NCBI GenBank assembly: GCA_044376115.1
Contig: JBILLK010000004.1
Span: 64,001-128,000, forward strand
Source of the DNA: Polyangiaceae bacterium
GTDB lineage: Bacteria; Myxococcota_A; Polyangia; Polyangiales; Polyangiaceae
Direction of reading: 5' to 3'
DNA length: 64,000 bases
Part shown: positions 41,001 to 49,133 of the stretch, piece after piece
Position numbering within the stretch: position 1 is the stretch's first letter
How the letters are laid out: every line of letters starts with the position of its first letter
Program-made: the position numbers and the translations under genes
Notes under the pieces: generated by a model
Databases searched by the model: none
Seen by the model: only the letters and a program-made list of their open reading frames with translations
Told to the model about the DNA's origin: nothing

Positions 41001-42297
41001 CCGCGTCGACTCGGCCGGCCAGCCCGCGATTGACGTCCGACTGCGAGGTATCGACCTTGGTCGGAGGATCATCGTTGTTACTGGAGCGGTCGGTGGTGTG
41101 TGACGGCCGGGGTTTGGCCACCACCGCGGACGCTTTCGCGGGTTCTTCAACCTTCTTGGACCATGAACCTTCGGTCTTTGCTTTGGGCCCGGCACGTTCA
41201 GCGGCGATGACGTTCGCAACCGCCTGCGGCACCACAGTGCCTTCGCTCGCGAGCGTTCTACCGATGTCTGGCTTTGCCTTTGGTTTCGGTTCTGGATTGG
41301 CCGGTAGATCCAGCGAATCGAGCGCGTCCAAGGCTGGCAGCGGTGGAACCGAGGGAATCGCCGGCACCGCGGGCAACGAGGGCAACGAGGGCAACGAGGC
41401 CACCGCTGGTAACGCGGGGACTGCAGGCAGTGCCAGCGCGGGCGGCCCGCCGACCTCGGGCTTGGGCGCGGATTTGGCGGCGAGCGCCCGCTCGGCAGCG
41501 GCCTCCTTTGGGGCGGGCTGTACGGCGGTTGCAGGTGCGTCGTCCGCGTCCTGCGAGTCGACACGGGTCGGCGGACCTTCGTCGGCATCTTTCGTCGGAT
41601 CCCCCTTGGCATCCACCCGCGTAGGAGGCGAATCATCCGCCGCATCGTCCGCGGCAGGAGGAGGCGGAACAGCACCGCCGAAGAGGTGTGTCTTCTGCCG
41701 CCGCGGATGGGCCAGCACAGGCTCACTCGTTTCGGTATGTGTGTCGCCCTCGGTGCGCTCCTCGACGTCCACGGTGGAGATGCGCGAGTTGAGTCCTAGC
41801 TTGGAGCGCCGGTCGAGCGGCGGAGCCGGCAGCGGCGGCGGAGCAGCCGGAAGACCAATCGTCGTGAGCCGTCGGGGCGCAGGTGCAATCAGCTCGCGCT
41901 CGGTCGGCGGGTCGAGCGGCGAGGTGGGCGCGTCGAGCGTCTCCGGATCGGTGGTCTTCGCCGAAAACTCTTTGGTTGGGTTGCGGCGAACTTTCGACAG
42001 CCGCTCCTTCACCCGATTGTCAGCGGGAGCGAGCTTCGCCGCCATGTCGAGCACGGCGGCCGCGTGCGTGGTGAGACCCGAGATCAAGTAAAGATCGCTG
42101 ACGGCGATCGCTACGTCGAGGTTGGTCGGATGCTTGGCCCGAGCCTCGTTGGCGAAGCCGATCACGAACGGGTCGGGCAAGAGCTTTTGCGGAGCCGCCT
42201 TCAACGCCGCACGGATGAGCATCGCGCAGAGCTCAACCGTTGCGTCGACCTTTGGGTCAGCCCGCCATGCTTCAAGCAGCTTGTCCATCCGCACCAT
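38008..42297 (-). CDS. Giant bitopic membrane protein: helical N-terminus, long Pro/Thr/Asp-rich disordered region, TM, TPR-like C-terminus
   Basis: 1429 aa; TM LYAALGIAVLAVLGLVAYASYLLL; Ala/Leu-rich helical repeats after the TM. Confidence 0.75.
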   Translation of the reverse strand: MVRMDKLLEAWRADPKVDATVELCAMLIRAALKAAPQKLLPDPFVIGFANEARAKHPTNLDVAIAVSDLYLISGLTTHAAAVLDMAAKLAPADNRVKERLSKVRRNPTKEFSAKTTDPETLDAPTSPLDPPTERELIAPAPRRLTTIGLPAAPPPLPAPPLDRRSKLGLNSRISTVDVEERTEGDTHTETSEPVLAHPRRQKTHLFGGAVPPPPAADDAADDSPPTRVDAKGDPTKDADEGPPTRVDSQDADDAPATAVQPAPKEAAAERALAAKSAPKPEVGGPPALALPAVPALPAVASLPSLPSLPAVPAIPSVPPLPALDALDSLDLPANPEPKPKAKPDIGRTLASEGTVVPQAVANVIAAERAGPKAKTEGSWSKKVEEPAKASAVVAKPRPSHTTDRSSNNDDPPTKVDTSQSDVNRGLAGRVDADVRSEPKVAARKPVAERRPLRPMPALEENPTEVPTRVADTPEQLISAAAAPGPSKPLLPPPPPPSDPETVTTTQVRDPHKVAVPERKAPDPRPSPKREPLDLAEPSTLSGAITNLWTPPTSAPRPVDEESSSLIVSPHDLIEEDDEEGAVTGLKDPVAFQPPSLPPPMAVPPQARNGVPAPSVLPRPVLGAAMQGPQSAPPVSKGGTLAMQVTPPASFPPTPPGLDVDDGDVPRTKILNAVEALRAATTADPRPPHALSRQRDAQSLAPPPNPPAFPSPSLAPQQYMPSNPVLARGVMLGGGAVEEPLFSPPPAAVPTFGAPPVRPATVRPLRPEDVPDPMVLAPLGFENQARPTPPPPPAEIAVPAAPARPFSGPMGFEPSAGLSEPTARPYKLYAALGIAVLAVLGLVAYASYLLLSGPNEKESGSAESSLPTPIVEALRQASPASLSVADVELAKIEGNATKAVVDARLQHRVLTAFEVRGSDNGLRAAIDGARAHGLSAEEVAYAEIAEAVLSGDLVQAAERADQSSGCAKDTLCLWTKGIMLERQGKSEALEAFASAVALTPAFGPARLRLIRISLLAGDTAPFELAKKESRFDPGSLAALEALAWAQRKVHRDEKGEGPLLNMTSADVSRCLHPVFGAVAVLQKPGEGRGGPTDPALKQAVLEAESPQLAVFFGEVAALRGDEAATALGAARALALAPTYSPALRLLTQDALRTGRFEELAVSAKGMSPTAATELHTLIAYETGDLSALSTLAQSTDGSFATTLRRALAGPQLVTSEELDKIKERDPRFAELVLVDRLLLVGSLKEARAVVAKWPDASEHAARAQRAGRLLRAEGANRESEKALGAATAGWVTQLERILLGVATKENRAHALSLSDVRAGPSASFAAVLVQAKMGEVERATEKVAQLPLPAADAPWLVSVVAALALAETNDPRAEALLATLRQQIPGNVDLARATELIAARKAEEEASEEKSAKPTPQPKPSAKKKPRAGR

Positions 42298-42373
42298 GGA
42301 GGGCCGATGCAGGTTAGCTCAACCCACAGAAAAACAATGCTGAAGCTTGTTCAACGACGAGCTGAGGCGACCA

Positions 42374-42583
42374 TCATTGTTTCGCAGGAGCCTTGGCGGA
42401 GGCCGCCGGAGCGCCGCTCGCCGAGGAATGCGGCGCGGCCGAACCGTGCGCGCCAGGCGCCGAGTGGTCCCCAGCGGAGAGCTTGAGCGCGTACAGAAAG
42501 CCTCCGCCGATGGCAATCGCCGCGAGGGTTGCAACGAGTGCGGGGTGATCGTACGCGAAAATGCCGGTTTTCTTGGTGGCCAC
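42374..42583 (-). CDS. Small single-TM membrane protein
   Basis: GTG 42583 preceded by TATGAC; TM LVATLAAIAIGGGFLYAL; His/Ala/Pro tail; fills gap between same-strand genes. Confidence 0.6.
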   Translation of the reverse strand: MATKKTGIFAYDHPALVATLAAIAIGGGFLYALKLSAGDHSAPGAHGSAAPHSSASGAPAASAKAPAKQ

Positions 42584-42639
42584 GGCGCTGTCATAGCGGG
42601 GAACCGCCCTACGAATCAAGCAGGAGCCTTGCCAGGTCG

Positions 42640-44826
42640 CTACGAAGTGCCGAGCAGACGCCGCATCAACGGCGGTAGCCGCTTCGGATCACAAGGACTT
42701 TTTGTAGCGTTTCCGAACACGACCGCGCTCATCACGCAGGAGCCTGCTCGCGGCAGGTGGTCCATCCAATACAGGTCGAAGCGGTCGGCGATCGGCAGGC
42801 GTCGAAGGAACGGCTCCATCGGCAAGACGAGCCCTTCACGCCAGCGAGCGAGATAGGTCACGTTGGCCAGCCGCAGGTTGCTCATCAGCCCGATACGCCG
42901 CCGCACTCCCGTCGGGCTCGGTCCGGTATGGTCGATGAACTCAACGGTTTGCTGCTCGCCGTACATATCGGGCTCGGTCCGCTCCACGGTCACCAGCGTC
43001 CACAGCGAAAGCGGGCGCAGAGCGCGCAACAGAGCCCGCGTCATTTGCTCGAACTCGGCCAAATCGGCTTCGGCGCGCGCCTCGTTGTATTGACCGTGCG
43101 CGAAGGAGTTGCGCTCGGCTTGCAGCAAGTTCGACAGCGTGTCGAAGGTTTGATTCTCGGTAAGTTTTACGCCGAGCACCTCACGCGCCATGGTCGCCAC
43201 CGGATCGCTGCGACCTTCTAGCCCGAGGGCAGCGTACCGCGCCAACTCCCGCCACGTACCGAGCGCATAGCCGTCTCGCGTACCGTTCCGCTTAAGAAAA
43301 TCCTGCAGGCTCGCCATCGCCTGGGGGTGCCCTTCCCCGGGGCTCGAAAGGAACGCGGAGCACAGCACCGCCGCCATGAAGCGCCAGGTCCCCTCGAGCA
43401 CGTCAAACAGCATCTTGACCCGCTCGACACCGCTGCGTGCGCTCGACAGGGCCGCCACGCGACCTGCGACCGGGTAAGGCAAACCACCGCCGAGGCTCGA
43501 AAGAACGCCGCTCGCGTCGGCACATTCGCGCGAGAGTTCACGCGCCCGCACCTGCGGATTGGCGCTGGCAACATCGGCGCAGACCTCCCACGAGAGCGCG
43601 CGCGGTAGCTCGGCGCGACCGTCGATCACCGGCGGGCGAGCGTGCCAGTCGCACTGAATCGAGTAGCCAAAGGCCGCAGGCTCCTGCTTGCGTGGCAAAG
43701 CAGCACCGATCACCCCGCGAGCGAGCGGTGCAACCACGACCCCGCTGCCGCCCTTCGACTTGACGACGGCCGCGAGCTCCTCTTCGAGGCCGGCCAGGAC
43801 GTGTTTGCCAACCGAGTCGAGCGCGTGTTGCTCCTCGATCCCGAAGAGCAAGGTCACCCGCTTGTCACTGCGCGCCGCTTCGAGCAGCTGTTCCGCGGTA
43901 CCGATCTCCACCCCGGCGCCATCGCGCAACCGGGCAAAGCCGTCGGAATCGGGGCTCGACTGACGTTGCAAGATCGCCGAAAGCGCGAGTTCCAGCTCGC
44001 GGCCGGAACTCTCAGCGCCTGCGCCACGTAGCGGCCAAAGACCGAGCACGGCTTTGCCGGTCATTCGCTGGACGATCGCGTCGCAGTCCGACTCTTGAGG
44101 GACCATCATGAACACGGCGTCCTCAAACAAGGCCAGCGGAGCCGAAGGCAGGATGCGATGCAGCTCGAGCGCGAGCTTCGCGAGCGGTGGGTACTCCCGC
44201 TGCCCGACCTCGTTGCTTGCAGCGCTGGCTAGGTCTCGCGGCGTCGCGACGATCAAAACGGGGCGCTTGTCCGACTTGCGGCGCAACGCGATGCCGACCT
44301 CGAGCTCCAGCCCCGTGCGAGCGAGCAGCCCGGTCACCGGATCAATGGCGCCGCTGGGCACGCTGAAGGTCACGTACCGGCGATCCGCGAAGATGGCCCG
44401 CATACCACCGACGATCACGCACGCACCGTGAACGAGCGGAGCCGATTCGGACTTACCCAGGCTGAGCGACCCAACTTCTACCGGGACGCTGCACTCTTCA
44501 CGGCGGGTGATCCACCAGCGGACACCGTCGTAGCGGAATGTGGCTGCCAAGCGCGAGGCGACGTCGGCGAACACGAGATCGTTCACCTCGTCCCCCACTT
44601 GCGGGGCCCGGCCCAGTTTGACCATCCGCTTGAGGCCCTCGCTGCGCTCGAGCCTCAATTCGTGAACGCTGCCGTCGCGCGCGTCGATGCGCAGGCGGTC
44701 CGGGGCGTCCACTTCACCACGCCATATCGAAAGCGCCCACGACTCCTCGGTGAGCCACATGGTCGCGGCTTGGGGCTGACGCCCTGCATCGGCTGCGGCA
44801 TCCCCAGCTTTCTCAGCTTCATCCAT
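42640..44826 (-). CDS. FHA-like, tandem degenerate GGDEF-like and HEPN-like multidomain protein (start uncertain)
   Basis: LGR..NDLV..ASR FHA-like; IDPVTGLLAR GGDEF N-signature with no GGDEF motif; LPYPVA..LGTW..ERNSFAHG. Confidence 0.65.
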   Translation of the reverse strand: MDEAEKAGDAAADAGRQPQAATMWLTEESWALSIWRGEVDAPDRLRIDARDGSVHELRLERSEGLKRMVKLGRAPQVGDEVNDLVFADVASRLAATFRYDGVRWWITRREECSVPVEVGSLSLGKSESAPLVHGACVIVGGMRAIFADRRYVTFSVPSGAIDPVTGLLARTGLELEVGIALRRKSDKRPVLIVATPRDLASAASNEVGQREYPPLAKLALELHRILPSAPLALFEDAVFMMVPQESDCDAIVQRMTGKAVLGLWPLRGAGAESSGRELELALSAILQRQSSPDSDGFARLRDGAGVEIGTAEQLLEAARSDKRVTLLFGIEEQHALDSVGKHVLAGLEEELAAVVKSKGGSGVVVAPLARGVIGAALPRKQEPAAFGYSIQCDWHARPPVIDGRAELPRALSWEVCADVASANPQVRARELSRECADASGVLSSLGGGLPYPVAGRVAALSSARSGVERVKMLFDVLEGTWRFMAAVLCSAFLSSPGEGHPQAMASLQDFLKRNGTRDGYALGTWRELARYAALGLEGRSDPVATMAREVLGVKLTENQTFDTLSNLLQAERNSFAHGQYNEARAEADLAEFEQMTRALLRALRPLSLWTLVTVERTEPDMYGEQQTVEFIDHTGPSPTGVRRRIGLMSNLRLANVTYLARWREGLVLPMEPFLRRLPIADRFDLYWMDHLPRAGSCVMSAVVFGNATKSPCDPKRLPPLMRRLLGTS

Positions 44827-44908
44827 CGATCTGGTCACGCTTTGCACCAAGCCTACCCCGAACCTCATGCATCGGGCCACCGCGACGAGACAGCTTCACG
44901 CTTGGTGA

Positions 44909-45030
44909 TGTCGGACTGAAACGCAGTTTCCAAAAAAAAACCGAACAAACGTCGACGACAGACGTCCAAAACTCCCTGGGCCTTTTTTTGGCTTGGCCCG
45001 ATTGATGGAGAAAGGCGTCCGACAAAACGT
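44909..45030. promoter_or_regulatory. Divergent regulatory region with A9/T7 tracts, direct and nested inverted repeats
   Basis: CCGAACAAACGT (44941) and CCGACAAAACGT (45019); CCAAAAAAA/TTTTTTTGG; TGTCGGAC/GTCCGACA. Confidence 0.5.
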
Positions 45031-45088
45031 GGAAGAAGCTGGTAGATTGAATCTTTCGTCTCGACCTGAGTCACGACCCGAGGGCTTC

Positions 45089-45436
45089 ATGCAGAACAAG
45101 AACAGCAGCCAGCCAATGGCCACCCCTGGCGAGTCCAAGCAGCAACACCTCTTCGTGATCCCGCTCCCGGGCGGGCGAGCGGCAAAAGTCCCGCTCTCGG
45201 TCCTCGAGGGCTTTCTCGCCACAGGGCACGCCCCCGGCCACGATCCGGCGCAGCGTCCAGAGGACGTGACCGCCCACTCGATGAGCGTCGATAGCACCAC
45301 CGGGACGAATATTTGGCACACCGAGTGGGAACTCGGTTCATGCGAATACACCGACGAAAACGGATACCACCAGCAGGCTGTTGCATGGCACAGACATCCC
45401 TTGGGCACCGAATACACCGAGATCTTTACGCAGTGA
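45089..45436 (+). CDS. Small hypothetical protein with leader/core-like bipartite composition
   Basis: 115 aa from ATG 45089; strong third-position G/C; stop overlaps the next start (GTGA). Confidence 0.7.
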   Translation: MQNKNSSQPMATPGESKQQHLFVIPLPGGRAAKVPLSVLEGFLATGHAPGHDPAQRPEDVTAHSMSVDSTTGTNIWHTEWELGSCEYTDENGYHQQAVAWHRHPLGTEYTEIFTQ

Positions 45437-46710
45437 CTGACAGGCTTGGGGGGCGCCCGCGTTGGAGCGTCTGGACGGTGCGAGGTTTGGCGGGGGCACT
45501 CAGCCTCGTATCGGGTGCGTGTGTGGCCAACGGCCACCCGCTAGGTGGGGATGGGAACGTCGAGGTGCAGCTGGTCGTTGACGGCCCGCTCTTCGCCACG
45601 GATCTTCTAGACGACGACGGGCTTCCCTCGGGCCCGCGTCAAACACCCAATCGCACCGACGTCGTGTTGCGCATGACCGAGGACACCGAGGTGGCCCACG
45701 GCGCCTACGTGCGGGTTCACGTGGAGCCGCCGGAGGCGCTCACGCTCGGCCCAGCGTTGGATCTCACTGCGGAAGGCGCGCTTGACGAGAACGACGCCGA
45801 GCCGACCTGCAGCCTGCTCGACGGCGCGTTTCAGTGCCGCGCCAACTCCGAAGGTGCGGCGCGCTTCTCGATATCTTCGCCGGCCGATTGGTCTGGCGAG
45901 GCGCGCGTCGTGGTCAGCTTCGCCGCGATCACCGTACCCACCACGGTCGAGGTTCTGCCCGCCGGTCTGCCGGAAGCAGCGACCAATTTCGAGCTGATCG
46001 GCATCTCCGATGGGGAGGAGATCCGACCCACCTTCCTGGCGCTCGGCTGCACGGTCGACGCGCTACCGGAGGATCTCGGAGACAAATGGCCGACAGGTCG
46101 CATCCGCGCTCGCGAGGTGTTCGTGCGGGCAACGCCTCCCGCCGCCGCGCCTACGGTGGTGGAACACGCGCCGGTCGTGATCGAGTCGCTCAGTGGCGAG
46201 GGCGCGCTCTCGCTCGACGAAAGTTGTGAGGAGCGCACGACTCGCTTGCGGGTGCTGCTCGACAAACAGGGTGAGTCGCCCAGGTTCTTCGCCTGCTTCT
46301 CCGACGTCGGAGGCGACGTTCGCTTCGGCATCCAATCGGGCCAAAAGGTAGTCGACCCAGGCCCCCAGATCGCCGTCTCCGCGGAACCACGGCTCTTGCG
46401 CGTTCGAGTCTTGGACGGCAAGTCGATGTTGCCGCAGAGCGATTTCCTCAGCGACGTATTCGAGGTCAGCGCGTTCGACGTGCGGCTTTTGGCGTTGCCG
46501 GTCGACGTCGATCTGGCGCTGCAAGGTACCGAGCAAGCGCTCGTGCTCGAGACGAACTCCGCAACCACCGCACCGCAAGGCGCTCTGCCAGTCACGCTCG
46601 CTGCGGTGCCGCAGCTGCCGGGCACCGCCAAGCTCGTTGTCACCCCTCGACTGCTCGCCGAACCAGCGTGTGAAAGCACGTCGGTCACCGTGCTCGAACC
46701 AAAGTTTTAA
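45433..46710 (+). CDS. Hypothetical lipoprotein (beta-rich, possibly Ig-like)
   Basis: In-frame GTG 45433 overlapping the upstream stop; signal ending SGAC; paired Cys. Confidence 0.7.
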   Translation: MTDRLGGRPRWSVWTVRGLAGALSLVSGACVANGHPLGGDGNVEVQLVVDGPLFATDLLDDDGLPSGPRQTPNRTDVVLRMTEDTEVAHGAYVRVHVEPPEALTLGPALDLTAEGALDENDAEPTCSLLDGAFQCRANSEGAARFSISSPADWSGEARVVVSFAAITVPTTVEVLPAGLPEAATNFELIGISDGEEIRPTFLALGCTVDALPEDLGDKWPTGRIRAREVFVRATPPAAAPTVVEHAPVVIESLSGEGALSLDESCEERTTRLRVLLDKQGESPRFFACFSDVGGDVRFGIQSGQKVVDPGPQIAVSAEPRLLRVRVLDGKSMLPQSDFLSDVFEVSAFDVRLLALPVDVDLALQGTEQALVLETNSATTAPQGALPVTLAAVPQLPGTAKLVVTPRLLAEPACESTSVTVLEPKF

Positions 46711-46754
46711 GGCCAACCGTCGTAAGCCGTCTGGTTCCCGATTGGGAGTACCCT

Positions 46755-49076
46755 ATGAAGGTCGCTGTCTCCGCACGCTCGAAAGCGCTGCGTCTTCTCG
46801 TTCTCACACTCAGTTGCTTGTTCGCCGCGGCCCCGGTGTTGCTGCCGGCTTCGGCCCTCGCGCAGGACGATCCTGAAGAGCCGGTGGACGAGCCTTTCGA
46901 GCCGCTCGATGAGCCGGTCGTTCGTCGACCTTCGCCGCTCGCTACCATGCTCGGCATGGGCGACGGGTCGGCAGCGTCCTTCGCCGGCTCGCTGCAGGTG
47001 GTGCGCGCGCCCGGGACCGCGGGAACCTCATCCAAGTTTGGCATCGAGATTTTCCCCGAGGCGAGCCGCGTTTGGATGAACGTGCGCGACACCGATCCGG
47101 TGCCGATCGAGCGCGCGCGCCGAGGCGGCAATTGGCTCTGTACGCAGAAGAATTGCACCGCGGAGGCGGGCTCGGTCGGGCCCTCCGCACAAGGCAACGA
47201 GATCCTGCGTACGATCAAGATTCAAACGCCGACGTTGCCCATCCCGGTGACGATCTGGCGACGCAGCAAGAGCGGCGGCAACCTCGATTTCGATCCGCTG
47301 CTACTCGGTCGCAAGAGCTACGCCCACGTTTGCGCCTACCCGCCGATCGTGAGCGACGACCCCAACGCTCCCACGCGCGATCCGAAGAAGATCGAGATTT
47401 GTAGAGAGGGCAAGCCCGAGCCTTCGAGCGCAGACTCGGCGGACCTGCTACTCGGAATGGAGTGGCCGCGCGAGGCCGAGCTCGCGGGCTTTCGCTTCCT
47501 CGCGATCGTCGACGCCTGCGGCAACGCCCGCGTTCAACCCTTCCAACGCAACTTCACGGTGCCCGTGTTCGAGGTCGCTTCAGGCGGCTGCGGCAAGGCC
47601 GACGGCAAAGTGCTGCGCGTTTTTCCGACGGGCGGCTTTCTGCGCGTGACGGCCTTCAACTTGGAGGCGCCGGCCAGCAGCGACATCATGAACGTGACCT
47701 ACCGCGTGTCGATGCCGTCGCTCGAAAACTACTCCGAGAACGATCCGGCCAAGATGCTGTTTCCGGATCTGCGCCCCAACGATCTTCGCATCGATTGTGG
47801 TCCCGCGCTGCGCCGCGGCCCGGTGGACTCGCAAGGTCGGCCCAAAGGCCCCGGCGGCAACGGCCCGCCCACCGGCACGCAGCCGGTGTGGATGGACCCG
47901 CCGCCGGCCCCCGAACTGAAGGCCCCGGCGAAGGAGCCGCGCGAGCCGACGCCTGGTGAAGAACCTGCGCCCGAGGGCGATAGCGACGCCGAAGCCGCAC
48001 CTCCTCGCGAGAACCTGGTCGAGCGGCCGAAGCCGCCTGCGGGCCCCGCTCCGCCTGCTGGTCCCGCGCCTCCTGGCGCAAAGCCGGCTCCGACCACGCC
48101 TCCGCTTGGCGGTCCCGTGGCCGCTGGCCCGATCTTGGCGCAAACGGGAGAGCCCAGCGCCAAACCTTTGGACCACGGTTCGCTCGTGATCGCGCCAGAG
48201 CCGCTGGCCCAGGGCAACTGCCGCTTGGTGATGAACAGCCAAACCAAATGGCGGCTGGTCGCTCCCCTCGCCTTGCGCGTCGCGATCTACCGCACGGACG
48301 TAAGCTCGCCGGATGGGACTCCGGTCAACCTGCTGCCGGACGACCAAAGCACGTGGATCGTCACGCCCAACGATTCGGAGTTCCCCTTGCCCGCCTTGCG
48401 CGGCCGCTTCGACGGGGACTCGCGCCTGAAGTTGGTGGTGCAGAGTGATCCGCTCAACGCCAACGGCAAGATGGTGCTCGTGGGAGACGCTGGTCGCGTT
48501 GCGGCCGTCCTTCACAACGACGACGCGGGCTCGGACGAGACGCTTTCGCGACGCATGGTGGGCTCGGTGACGATTCACACGGTACCGCTTTGCGGCGAGA
48601 GCAACTTCGAGACACTCGAAGAGGCTGGCAGCTGCATTCGCGCCTACCTCACGGTGCCAGCCATGTTGGCGACCATCCAAATCACGCGCGCACCGTGGGT
48701 CGAAAAGCCGCTGATCACGCGCAGCGTGCTTTCGGCGGTGGGTGTTGCGCTCGCCTTCGATAGCTACGATCCGGTCGAGCGCAGCGCCTTCCCGATCGCC
48801 GGTCAGGTCGGAGGGTTCGTGCAGAACCTCGGAGAAGATCGGGTCGGCTTGCTCGGCTACGTGGGGATCGCGCCCACGCTGCCCATCCTCGGGAGCGGCG
48901 GTAACACGACCTCCTTCGGCTTCTTGGCAGGCGCTGGAATGACCTACATCACCAACGCCGACGGTCCCGACGAGGGCTTCAAGCCGACGGCCTTCCTCTC
49001 CGCCGTCGTGCAGGTCGGCCAAGCCAATCCGGAGATCAGCGGGCAGGCAAGTCTTGGTGCCTACGCGGGGAACTGA
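46755..49076 (+). CDS. Secreted or outer-membrane hypothetical protein with central Pro-rich region
   Basis: GGGAG SD; signal peptide ending ALA-QD; amphipathic Gly/aromatic strands at the C-terminus. Confidence 0.75.
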   Translation: MKVAVSARSKALRLLVLTLSCLFAAAPVLLPASALAQDDPEEPVDEPFEPLDEPVVRRPSPLATMLGMGDGSAASFAGSLQVVRAPGTAGTSSKFGIEIFPEASRVWMNVRDTDPVPIERARRGGNWLCTQKNCTAEAGSVGPSAQGNEILRTIKIQTPTLPIPVTIWRRSKSGGNLDFDPLLLGRKSYAHVCAYPPIVSDDPNAPTRDPKKIEICREGKPEPSSADSADLLLGMEWPREAELAGFRFLAIVDACGNARVQPFQRNFTVPVFEVASGGCGKADGKVLRVFPTGGFLRVTAFNLEAPASSDIMNVTYRVSMPSLENYSENDPAKMLFPDLRPNDLRIDCGPALRRGPVDSQGRPKGPGGNGPPTGTQPVWMDPPPAPELKAPAKEPREPTPGEEPAPEGDSDAEAAPPRENLVERPKPPAGPAPPAGPAPPGAKPAPTTPPLGGPVAAGPILAQTGEPSAKPLDHGSLVIAPEPLAQGNCRLVMNSQTKWRLVAPLALRVAIYRTDVSSPDGTPVNLLPDDQSTWIVTPNDSEFPLPALRGRFDGDSRLKLVVQSDPLNANGKMVLVGDAGRVAAVLHNDDAGSDETLSRRMVGSVTIHTVPLCGESNFETLEEAGSCIRAYLTVPAMLATIQITRAPWVEKPLITRSVLSAVGVALAFDSYDPVERSAFPIAGQVGGFVQNLGEDRVGLLGYVGIAPTLPILGSGGNTTSFGFLAGAGMTYITNADGPDEGFKPTAFLSAVVQVGQANPEISGQASLGAYAGN

Positions 49077-49133
49077 GTGACGGCTCAAGGCTGACGGGCT
49101 ATGGCGGTGGGACGTGGCTTGCCACGGCCCACG

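Noticed and set aside
43600..44350. Active diguanylate cyclase
   Set aside because: No GG(D/E)EF motif or metal-binding Asp visible; treated as degenerate
47580..49088. 502-aa minus-strand ORF
   Set aside because: Antisense shadow of 46755..49076
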